DNA from: Steroidobacteraceae bacterium
GTDB lineage: Bacteria > Pseudomonadota > Gammaproteobacteria > Steroidobacterales > Steroidobacteraceae
Length of the DNA stretch: 64,000 nucleotides
NCBI GenBank assembly: GCA_035604595.1
Contig: DATNIE010000026.1
Location: 18,908-82,907, forward strand
Direction: 5' to 3'
Shown: positions 1 through 7,956 of the stretch, piece after piece
Position numbering within the stretch: the first letter of the stretch is position 1
How the letters are laid out: each line of letters starts with the position of its first letter
Position numbers and translations under genes: made by a program
The notes under the pieces: generated by a model
Told to the model about the DNA's origin: nothing
What the model saw: the letters and a program-made list of their open reading frames with translations, nothing else
The model's database searches: none

Positions 1-840
1 ACGATCGGCGACGGCGGCTACGACCGCGGCGCCCGGGCGGGGCGCATCCAGGCGGACCTCGCCGCGCGCGGCAGCAGGCAGACGCCGGCTGACATGCTGG
101 CCGTGCAGCTCGACGACGCAGCCGTGTTCCTTCAGCGCTGGCAGGCGCGGCTGCTGGCGCTGCTCGATGCGCCGGCGATCGCCGGGCATCCCCGGCGTGC
201 GGAGCTGCGCGCCGTGCTCGGCACCTGGAGCGGACACGCGGCGCTCGACGATGCCGCGTACCGGCTGGTGCGGGCGGTTCGCGCCGAGGTCGAGCGCCGC
301 GTGTTCTACGCGCTGATTGCGCCGGCCCGCGCGCAGAACCCAGCGTTCCGCTTCGAGCCACCGCTCACGTTCGAAGGGCCGCTGTGGGCGCTGCTCGAGG
401 AGCAGCCCGCGCACCTCGTGCCGCCGGGAGCGGCGAACTGGCGCGAGTTCCTGCTGGTGGCGGTGGACGCGGCGGTGGCCTCGCTCGACGCCGAGTGCCC
501 GCAGCTCAGCGCCTGCAGCTGGGGAAGGGCCAACCGGATGCGCATCCGGCACCCGCTGTCGGCGGCCGTGCCCTTGCTCGGCGCACTGCTCGATATGCCG
601 GCCGAGTCCTTGCCGGGGGACCACGACATGCCGCGCGTGCTGTTGCCGGACTTTGGCGCCTCGGAGCGCTTCGGCGTGTCACCGGGTCACGAGGGCGAGG
701 CATACTTTGAGATGCCGGGCGGACAGAGCGGCCACCCGCTCTCGCCGTACTTCCGCGCCGGCCACGCGGACTGGGCGCAGGGCGAGCCGGCGCCGTTCCT
801 GCCGGGGCCCGCGGTGCACGTGCTGACCCTGGTCCCGTGA
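1..840 (+). CDS. penicillin/AHL acylase family (Ntn-hydrolase, peptidase S45) protein, C-terminal part; 5' end outside window
   Basis: The frame is open from nt 1 to TGA 838-840. The C-terminal block EMPGGQSGHPLSPYFRAGH is typical of this acylase family. Confidence 0.7.
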   Translation, partial: TIGDGGYDRGARAGRIQADLAARGSRQTPADMLAVQLDDAAVFLQRWQARLLALLDAPAIAGHPRRAELRAVLGTWSGHAALDDAAYRLVRAVRAEVERRVFYALIAPARAQNPAFRFEPPLTFEGPLWALLEEQPAHLVPPGAANWREFLLVAVDAAVASLDAECPQLSACSWGRANRMRIRHPLSAAVPLLGALLDMPAESLPGDHDMPRVLLPDFGASERFGVSPGHEGEAYFEMPGGQSGHPLSPYFRAGHADWAQGEPAPFLPGPAVHVLTLVP

Positions 841-863
841 GTCCCGCCGCCCGGAGCCGCCCG

Positions 864-2609
864 ATGCTGCACCGACTACTGCGCTACGCGCTGCTGGGTG
901 TGCTGTCGGCCGGGCTTGCCGTCGGCGTTGCAGCGGGGCGCGCGGCGCCGCGCGTCCATGACATCGTCATACGCCACGGCATGCTCTATGACGGTTCGGG
1001 CGCCCCGCCGGTCGCCGGCGAGGTCGCGATCGACGGCGACCGGATCGTCTTTGTCGGGCGGCACGCGCCTGGTCACGGCACGGTTGAGATCGACGCGCGC
1101 GGCAAGGCCGTCGCGCCCGGCTTCATCAACATGCTCGCGCACCCGGAGGAGTCGCTGTTCGCCGACGGGCGCGCGCAGAGCGACCTGCGTCAGGGCGTGA
1201 CGCTCGAGGTGCTTGGCGAGGACTCGATGGGCCCGCTGAACCCCGCGATGCAGGAGCTCCTCGCGAAACGCCAGTCCGATATCCATTATCCCGTGAACTG
1301 GTCGACGCTTGGGGAGTATCTCGACATGCTCGAGCGACGCGGCATCGCACCCAACCTCGCCTCGACCGTCGGCGCCGCCACGGTGCGCACCTTCGTGCTC
1401 GGCGAGGGCGACGTCCAGCCGACGCCCGAGCAGCTCGCGACCATGCGCCGACTGGTGCGTCAGGCGATGGAGCAGGGCGCGGTCGGCCTGTCGACCGCGC
1501 TGATCTATAGCCCGGGATCGTACGCAACGACCGCCGAGGTCGCCGCGCTCGCGACCGAAGCGGGCGCCTGCGGCGGGATATACCTCAGCCACCTGCGCAG
1601 CGAGGGCGATCGCCTGCTGGAGGGCGTCGAGGAGCTGATCGAGATCGCGCGCGAGTCCCAAGCGCCTGCCGAGATCTATCACCTGAAAGCCGCAGGCAGG
1701 CCCAACTGGGGCAAGCTCGACGCGCTCATTGCCCGAGTCGCCCAGGCGAATGCCGAGGGCATCCGGATCACGGCCGACATGTACACCTATACCGCCGGCG
1801 CCACCGGGCTCGACGCGGCGATGCCGCCGTGGGTCCAAGACGGCGGGCTCGAAGCGTGGATCGAGCACCTCAAGGACCCGGCTGTTCGGGCCCGGGTGCT
1901 CGCCGACATGCGCGACACGGCGCCCGCGTGGGAGAACCTGGAGCAGCGCGCGGGCGCGGATGGAACGCTGCTGCTCGCGTTCAAGAACCCCGCGCTCAAG
2001 CCGCTGACCGGACGCACGCTCGCCGCCGTCGCCGCCGAACGCGGCGTCAGCCCCGAGGATGCCGCCATCGACCTCGTGATCGAGGACGGCACGCGGGTCG
2101 GGGTCGCGTATTTCCTGATGTCGGAGGACAACGTACGGCGCGAGACCGCGCTGCCGTGGGTCAGCTTCGGCTCCGACGAGGCGGCACCGGCGCCGGAGGG
2201 CGTGTTTCTGGCGTCGAACCCGCACCCGCGCGCCTATGGCAACTTTGCGCGCCTGCTCGGCAAGTACGTGCGCGATGAGCATGCGCTGCCGCTCGCCGAG
2301 GCCATCCGCAAGCTGACCTCGCTCCCCGCCAGCAACCTCTCGCTCACTGATCGCGGCCGGCTCAAGCCCGGCTACGTCGCGGACCTCGTGGTGTTCGACC
2401 CGGCGACGATCGCCGATCATGCGACCTACGAGCGTCCGCACCAGTTCGCGACCGGTGTCAGCGAGGTGGTCGTGAACGGCCGGCTGGCGCTGAAGGATGG
2501 CGAGCCGACCGGTGCGGCCACCGGGCGAGTGGTGCGCGGCCGCGCCTTCACCGGGCGCCCGGGCGGCGGCTGCCGGGCGTCGAGCCGCGACTGGAGATGG
2601 AGCCGCTGA
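864..2609 (+). CDS. N-acyl-D-amino-acid deacylase (D-aminoacylase)-like amidohydrolase, probably exported
   Basis: Long ORF with signal-peptide-like N-terminus MLHRLLRYALLGVLSAGLAVGVAAGRA. Amidohydrolase-type blocks are present (DIVIRHG..YDGSG, GFINMLAHPE, ADMYTYTAG, FGSDEAA). An alternative GTG start at 837 overlaps the upstream stop (GTGA). Confidence 0.7.
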   Translation: MLHRLLRYALLGVLSAGLAVGVAAGRAAPRVHDIVIRHGMLYDGSGAPPVAGEVAIDGDRIVFVGRHAPGHGTVEIDARGKAVAPGFINMLAHPEESLFADGRAQSDLRQGVTLEVLGEDSMGPLNPAMQELLAKRQSDIHYPVNWSTLGEYLDMLERRGIAPNLASTVGAATVRTFVLGEGDVQPTPEQLATMRRLVRQAMEQGAVGLSTALIYSPGSYATTAEVAALATEAGACGGIYLSHLRSEGDRLLEGVEELIEIARESQAPAEIYHLKAAGRPNWGKLDALIARVAQANAEGIRITADMYTYTAGATGLDAAMPPWVQDGGLEAWIEHLKDPAVRARVLADMRDTAPAWENLEQRAGADGTLLLAFKNPALKPLTGRTLAAVAAERGVSPEDAAIDLVIEDGTRVGVAYFLMSEDNVRRETALPWVSFGSDEAAPAPEGVFLASNPHPRAYGNFARLLGKYVRDEHALPLAEAIRKLTSLPASNLSLTDRGRLKPGYVADLVVFDPATIADHATYERPHQFATGVSEVVVNGRLALKDGEPTGAATGRVVRGRAFTGRPGGGCRASSRDWRWSR

Positions 2610-2669
2610 CACTCAAGCGGCGTCGCGCGTTGCGCCTTACTATAGGCACGGACTTTGCCCAGACCCCGC

Positions 2670-3524
2670 ATGACCAACACCCGTTTCGCCAGCACTGACC
2701 GCTACGTCGCGACCGACGATCTGACGATGGCCGTCAACGCCTCCGTCACGCTCGGGCGACCGCTGCTGATCAAGGGCGAGCCGGGCACCGGCAAGACGCA
2801 GCTCGCCGAGGAGGTCGCGGGTTCGCTCGGGCGGCCGCTGTTCGAGTGGCACATCAAGTCGACGACCAAGGCGCAGCAGGGCCTGTATGAGTACGACGCA
2901 GTGTCGAGACTGCGCGACTCCCAGCTCGGCGATGCGCGCGTGCACCAGATCGCCAACTACATCGTCAAGGGCCGCCTGTGGGAGGCATTCACCAGCGAAG
3001 TGCAGCCGGTCCTGCTGATCGACGAGATCGACAAGGCCGACATCGAGTTCCCGAACGACCTGCTGCGCGAGCTCGACCGGATGGAGTTCTACGTCTATGA
3101 GACGCGCGAGCTCGTCAAGGCACGCCACCGGCCGATCATCATGATCACCAGCAACAACGAGAAGGAGCTGCCTGATGCCTTTCTGCGTCGCTGTTTCTTC
3201 CACTACATCCGCTTTCCCGACGTCGAGACCATGACCCGCATCGTCGACGTGCACTATCCGCGCTTGAAGCCGGAGCTGCTGAAGGAGGCGCTGGAAGCGT
3301 TCTACAAGCTCCGGGACGTACCGGGGCTGAAGAAGAAGCCCTCGACCTCCGAGCTGCTCGACTGGCTGAAGCTGCTGCTGGCCGAGGACATTGCGCCGGA
3401 GGCGCTCAGGGCCGGCGACGGCAAGAGTGCGATCCCGCCGCTGTACGGCGCGCTCCTCAAAAATGAGCAGGACGTGCACCTGTTCGAGCAGCTCGTGTTC
3501 ATGAACCGGCGCAACGCTCGCTGA
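2670..3524 (+). CDS. MoxR/CoxD-like AAA+ ATPase
   Basis: Walker A GEPGTGKT, Walker B LLIDEIDKA, sensor/arginine region ITSNNEKELPDAFLRRC. ATG at 2670; the ORF-track start at 2655 is a TTG. Confidence 0.85.
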   Translation: MTNTRFASTDRYVATDDLTMAVNASVTLGRPLLIKGEPGTGKTQLAEEVAGSLGRPLFEWHIKSTTKAQQGLYEYDAVSRLRDSQLGDARVHQIANYIVKGRLWEAFTSEVQPVLLIDEIDKADIEFPNDLLRELDRMEFYVYETRELVKARHRPIIMITSNNEKELPDAFLRRCFFHYIRFPDVETMTRIVDVHYPRLKPELLKEALEAFYKLRDVPGLKKKPSTSELLDWLKLLLAEDIAPEALRAGDGKSAIPPLYGALLKNEQDVHLFEQLVFMNRRNAR

Positions 3525-3540
3525 GACGCGGACCGCGGCG

Positions 3541-4725
3541 GTGCTGATCCGGTTCTTCCTGATGCTGCGGGCGGCGGGCGTGCCGGTCTCGCTGACCGAG
3601 TTCCTCGCACTGCTCGAGGCGCTCAAGGCGCGCGTGGCCTCCCTCTCGGTGGACGAGTTCTATTTCCTGGCGCGGACGGTGCTCGTCAAGGACGAGCGCC
3701 ACTATGACCGTTATGACCGCGTGTTCGGCGCGCATTTCAAGGGACTCGAGCAGGCCTTTCAGACGCTCTCGAGCGCGGTACTGCCGGAGGAGTGGCTGCG
3801 CAAGCAGGCGGAGCTGTTGTTGACTGCGGAGGAACGCGCCAAGGTCGAGGCGCTGGGCGGCCTGGATGCGCTGCTGGATGCGCTCAAGAAACGGCTCGCG
3901 GAGCAGCAGGGCCGCCACCAGGGCGGCACCAAGTGGATCGGGACCGCCGGCCGCTCACCGTTCGGTGCCCATGGCTACAACCCGGAGGGCATCCGGATCG
4001 GCCAGCACGAGTCGCGGCAGCGCCGCGCCGTCAAGGTGTGGGACCAGCGGGAATTCCGCAACCTCGACGACTCGGTGGAGATCGGCACGCGCAACATCAA
4101 GCTGGCGCTGCGCCGCCTGCGGCGCTTCGCGCGCGAGGGTGCGGCCGAGGAACTCGATCTCGGCGGCACGATCGACGCGACCGCGCGCAATGCCGGTTGG
4201 CTCGACCTGCGGCTCGTGCCGGAGCGGCACAACGCAGTCAAGGTGCTGCTGTTTCTCGACGTCGGTGGCTCGATGGACGATCACGTCCGCGTCTGCGAGG
4301 AGCTGTTCACGGCGGCGCGCGGTGAGTTCAAGCACCTCGAGTACTACTACTTCCACAACTTCGTCTATGAGACCGTGTGGAAGGACAACCGCCGCCGCCA
4401 CGCCGAGCGCATCCCGACGCTCGAGCTGATCCGCACCTATGGGCCCGACTACCGGCTGGTGCTGGTCGGCGATGCGACCATGGGCCCGTACGAAATCGTC
4501 CAGCCCGGCGGCAGCATCGAGCACTGGAACGACGAGCCGGGCGCTGCCTGGCTCGGGCGCCTGCGGCGCGCGTATCCGAAGCACGCCTGGCTCAACCCCG
4601 AGCCCGAGGAGCGCTGGGACTACATGCCGTCGATCGGCGTCACGCGCGAGCTGCTCGACGGCCGCATGTTCCCGCTGACGCTCGGCGGCATCGACCGCGC
4701 GATGCGCGCGCTGAACGCGCGCTGA
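3541..4725 (+). CDS. VWA domain protein, CoxE-like
   Basis: GTG start 16 nt after the MoxR stop. N-terminal FFLMLRAAGVPVSLTEFL block is typical of CoxE-type VWA proteins. MIDAS-like LLFLDVGGSMD is present. Pairing with a MoxR ATPase fits the family. Confidence 0.75.
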   Translation: MLIRFFLMLRAAGVPVSLTEFLALLEALKARVASLSVDEFYFLARTVLVKDERHYDRYDRVFGAHFKGLEQAFQTLSSAVLPEEWLRKQAELLLTAEERAKVEALGGLDALLDALKKRLAEQQGRHQGGTKWIGTAGRSPFGAHGYNPEGIRIGQHESRQRRAVKVWDQREFRNLDDSVEIGTRNIKLALRRLRRFAREGAAEELDLGGTIDATARNAGWLDLRLVPERHNAVKVLLFLDVGGSMDDHVRVCEELFTAARGEFKHLEYYYFHNFVYETVWKDNRRRHAERIPTLELIRTYGPDYRLVLVGDATMGPYEIVQPGGSIEHWNDEPGAAWLGRLRRAYPKHAWLNPEPEERWDYMPSIGVTRELLDGRMFPLTLGGIDRAMRALNAR

Positions 4726-4737
4726 CCGTCGGGCACG

Positions 4738-5316
4738 TCAGCCCGCATTCTTGGCAGGGGCGGCGGCCGCCTTGGCCTGCAGCGCCACGAGCTCGTGCAG
4801 TACGAGGTCGGCGTGGCCCTTCGGTTCGACACTGACCCAGTGTTTCGCGATCCGGCCCTGCGGGTCGATGATGAAAGTGTCGCGGCGGGCGAGCTCGAAC
4901 ACCCCCATCATCCTGATCAGAACGCCGTAGTCCATCGCGGTCTTCTTGGTACTGTCGGCGAGGATCGTGAACGGCAGGGAGTGCTTGTCGGCAAACTCCT
5001 TGTGCGAAGCGACGTCGTCGACGCTGATCCCGACGATGGTTGCACCGAGCTTGCGGAAGGCGAAGATGTTGTCCCGCAGCTCGCACGCCTGCGTCGTGCA
5101 ACCGGGCGTCTGGTCCTTCGGGTAGAAGTACAGCACCACCCACTTGCCCTTGTATTCATCGAGGGTATGCCACTGGCCGCCCTGGTCCTGCAGCTTGAAC
5201 GGTGGAGCCACGACGCCGACCGCCGGTGACTCGGCGCGGCCCGGGCCGGCGGACGTCAGGGCGAAACCCAGGGCCAGTGCGAACCCCAGGGAGCGGCGGA
5301 TGCGGTGCGGTGTCAT
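4738..5316 (-). CDS. bcp: thioredoxin-dependent peroxiredoxin Bcp, with predicted N-terminal signal peptide
   Basis: FYPKDQTPGCTTQACELRD contains the peroxidatic and resolving Cys of Bcp/PrxQ. ATG at 5316 gives 192 aa starting MTPHRIRRSLGFALALGFALTSAGPGRA. The longer ORF-track extension to 5748 is Arg/Pro-rich and overlaps the patatin gene. Confidence 0.85.
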   Translation of the reverse strand: MTPHRIRRSLGFALALGFALTSAGPGRAESPAVGVVAPPFKLQDQGGQWHTLDEYKGKWVVLYFYPKDQTPGCTTQACELRDNIFAFRKLGATIVGISVDDVASHKEFADKHSLPFTILADSTKKTAMDYGVLIRMMGVFELARRDTFIIDPQGRIAKHWVSVEPKGHADLVLHELVALQAKAAAAPAKNAG

Positions 5317-5409
5317 CGGCGGGTCTCCTGGGCGCCACACGTTGGGCGGTGCGGCGCACTGCGCGGCCGCCGGGGGCGATCGTACCGCCGGCCAGCGCAT
5401 AATGACAAA

Positions 5410-6621
5410 GTGCCGCCGGAATCGGACGCTCCCGTGTCTGCCTATCCGCCGAGACCATCGCCCATCGGTGCACCGCGCCTCGGGCTCGTGCTGCCCGGCG
5501 GCGGCGCACGGGCCGCGTACCAGGTGGGGGTGCTGAAGGGTATCGCCGAGCTCGTGCCGCGCGATGTGCCGTTGCCGTTCCGGGTGATCTCCGGGACCTC
5601 CGCCGGGGCGATCATCGCGACGATCGTCGCTGCGCACGCCGCGCATTTCCGCACAGGCATCGCGAGCCTCGAACGCTTCTGGCGGAACTTCCACGTCGAG
5701 CAGGTGTATCGCGCCGACGCGGTCAGCATGCTGCGCGCCGGCAGCCACTGGCTGCTGGCGCTGCTGTCAGGCGGGTTCCTGGTACCGCCGCCCCGCGCGC
5801 TGTTCGACAACCGGCCACTGCGCGACCTGCTCGAGCGGCACGTCAACTTTGCGCGCGTTCGCCAGCACCTCGAGCACGGCCACCTGGACGCCCTGGCAAT
5901 CAATGCCTCGGCGTACCGCACCGCGCTGTCCGTCGCGTTCTACACCTGCGCGCGCGAGGCGGTACCCTGGCAGCACACCTGGCGTCTCGGCCGACCGGCC
6001 GAGCTCGGGCTCGATCACCTGATGGCGAGCGCTGCGGTGCCGTTCCTGTTTCCGCCGGTGTACATGGGCGGGGAGTACTACGGCGACGGGGCGATGCGTC
6101 AGCTGGCGCCGCTGTCGCCGGCGATCAACCTTGGTGCCAACCGGCTGCTGGTGATCGGCGTGCGGCCATCGGCCGCGGCGCCGGATCCGGCCGCACCCGC
6201 GGACCGATCGCTGGGCGTTCACGCAGGTCCAGGCCCGGCACCGAGCTTCGGTCAGATCTTCGGGTTCATGCTCGACACGCTGTTCATGGACGGGCTGCAG
6301 TCGGACCTGGAGCGGCTGCACCGCGACAACCTGCTGATCGAAGCGGCCGGCAGCGCCGCCGGCGGCCTGCGCCGGATCGAGGTCGTGTCGATCATGCCGC
6401 GTATCGACTTCGGGCCGGTCGCCGAACGACACGTCGGCGCAGTGCCGCGCGCCTTGCGGGTGCTGCTCAGCACCATCGGCGCGGCCAACCCGGAGGGGCG
6501 CACGCTGCTCAGCTATCTGCTGTTCGAAGGCTGCTACGCGCGGGAGCTGATCGCCCTCGGCTACGAGGACGTGCGGGCGCGGCGCGAGGAGCTTCAGGGG
6601 TTCATGCGCAGCGAGCCGTGA
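5410..6621 (+). CDS. patatin-like phospholipase (RssA-like)
   Basis: Oxyanion GGGARAAY, nucleophile elbow GTSAG and catalytic Asp in YGDGAM are all present. Start uncertain: GTG at 5410 chosen; the ORF opens at 5305. Confidence 0.8.
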   Translation: MPPESDAPVSAYPPRPSPIGAPRLGLVLPGGGARAAYQVGVLKGIAELVPRDVPLPFRVISGTSAGAIIATIVAAHAAHFRTGIASLERFWRNFHVEQVYRADAVSMLRAGSHWLLALLSGGFLVPPPRALFDNRPLRDLLERHVNFARVRQHLEHGHLDALAINASAYRTALSVAFYTCAREAVPWQHTWRLGRPAELGLDHLMASAAVPFLFPPVYMGGEYYGDGAMRQLAPLSPAINLGANRLLVIGVRPSAAAPDPAAPADRSLGVHAGPGPAPSFGQIFGFMLDTLFMDGLQSDLERLHRDNLLIEAAGSAAGGLRRIEVVSIMPRIDFGPVAERHVGAVPRALRVLLSTIGAANPEGRTLLSYLLFEGCYARELIALGYEDVRARREELQGFMRSEP

Positions 6622-7460
6622 CGCGCCACGACGTCCGGGTAGCGCGCGGCGAAATGTGCCGCCAGTCGCTCCACCAGGAACACCGAGCGGTGCTGCCCGC
6701 CGGTACAGCCGACCGCCACCGTCAGGTAGCCGCGATTGTGCTGCTGGTACAGCGGGATGCGCCGGTCGAGAAAGGCAATCATGTCGGCAAGCAGCTCCTG
6801 GACCGCGGTGTGCGCCTCCAGGAACGCGATCACCGCCGGATCGCGGCCGGTCAGCGACTGCAGCACGGGATCCCAGTAGGGGTTCGGCAGCGTGCGCGCG
6901 TCGAACACGAAATCGGCCCCGTCCGGTATGCCGTGCTTGTACCCGAATGACTCGAACATGATCGACAGCCGGCCGACGCGTCGCTGGTCGATGCGCGCCC
7001 GGACCATCTCGCGCAGCTCGTGGACGCTGGTGTGCGAGGTGTCGATGACCAGGTCCGCCGAGTAGGTGATCGGCTCGAGCAGCCGCAGTTCCTCGGCGAT
7101 GGCCGCCTTCAGGTCGACCCGCTCCCGGACCAAAGGATGGCGCCGGCGCGTTTCGCCGTAGCGCCTGATCAGCATCGCCTCGTCGGCGTGCAGGTAGATG
7201 ATCTCGCAGCCTATGCCGCTCTTTCTGAGTTCGCGCACCATCTGCGGCACGCTGGCGATCTCATCTGGCTCATTGCGCGCATCGAGACCGACCGCGCTGC
7301 GCTCGTATACCCGGCTGGTGCGCCTGACCGAGTGGGCGATGAAGGCGTTGAGCAGGCCCGCCGGGATGTTGTCGACGCAGTACCAGCCGAGATCCTCGAG
7401 CATGTTGAGCGCGACGCTCTTGCCCGAGCCCGACAGCCCGCTGACGATCACAAGGCGCAT
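6594..7460 (-). CDS. rapZ: RNase adapter protein RapZ (YhbJ)
   Basis: MRLVIVSGLSGSGKS P-loop at the N-terminus, C-terminal CTGGQHRS block, and position in the rpoN operon. Confidence 0.9.
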   Translation of the reverse strand: MRLVIVSGLSGSGKSVALNMLEDLGWYCVDNIPAGLLNAFIAHSVRRTSRVYERSAVGLDARNEPDEIASVPQMVRELRKSGIGCEIIYLHADEAMLIRRYGETRRRHPLVRERVDLKAAIAEELRLLEPITYSADLVIDTSHTSVHELREMVRARIDQRRVGRLSIMFESFGYKHGIPDGADFVFDARTLPNPYWDPVLQSLTGRDPAVIAFLEAHTAVQELLADMIAFLDRRIPLYQQHNRGYLTVAVGCTGGQHRSVFLVERLAAHFAARYPDVVARHGSLRMNP

Positions 7461-7610
7461 CGCAGAACCGCGCATCGGCGACGCGGGCATCCGGCCCGCG
7501 GCACCGATGGTACGAGGTGCGGCGCCGGGACGCGAGCCGTGCGTCCGGGGCCCGGCAGTGGCCGTGAAACTGCCGGCCGGGCCGGCTCGGTGGTGGCTCG
7601 CCGGCGCCCG

Positions 7611-7928
7611 TCAGGCGCGGCCGCGGGGCGCGTCGGCGGCGTGGTGATCGCCGCGCTTTTCCTTGTGCTTCTTGACCAGCCGGTCGAGCTTGTCGGTCAG
7701 CAGATCGATGGCTGCGTACATGTCTGCGTCGGCGGCGTCCGCGTGAATGTTGCCGCCGCGCACGTGCAGCGTCGCTTCCGCCTTGTGCGCCAGCTTCTCG
7801 ACGGTCAGCACGCAGTGCACGTCGATCACCTGGTCAAAGTGCCGGGCGATGCGGTCCAGCTTCTTCTCCACGTAACCCTTTAGCGGCGCAGTGATATCCA
7901 CGTGGTGTCCCGTCACGGTCAGCTGCAT
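7611..7928 (-). CDS. hpf: ribosome hibernation promoting factor (sigma-54 modulation protein), short form
   Basis: MQLTVTGHHVDITAPLKGYVEKKL N-terminus; lies immediately downstream of rpoN. Confidence 0.9.
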   Translation of the reverse strand: MQLTVTGHHVDITAPLKGYVEKKLDRIARHFDQVIDVHCVLTVEKLAHKAEATLHVRGGNIHADAADADMYAAIDLLTDKLDRLVKKHKEKRGDHHAADAPRGRA

Positions 7929-7956
7929 GTGCGTACTCCTCACGTCAGTCGATCAC

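Noticed and set aside
876-2612. 578-aa minus-strand ORF covering the whole D-aminoacylase gene
   Set aside because: It is the antisense frame of a gene with clear family motifs. The product is Arg/Ala/Gly/Pro-rich and motif-free, which is typical of high-GC antisense ORFs.
5410-6621. Patatin-like phospholipase as a possible CBASS or other defence effector
   Set aside because: There is no adjacent cyclase/nucleotidyltransferase, sensor or other defence gene. Its neighbours are bcp and rapZ. The architecture looks like a housekeeping RssA-type lipase.
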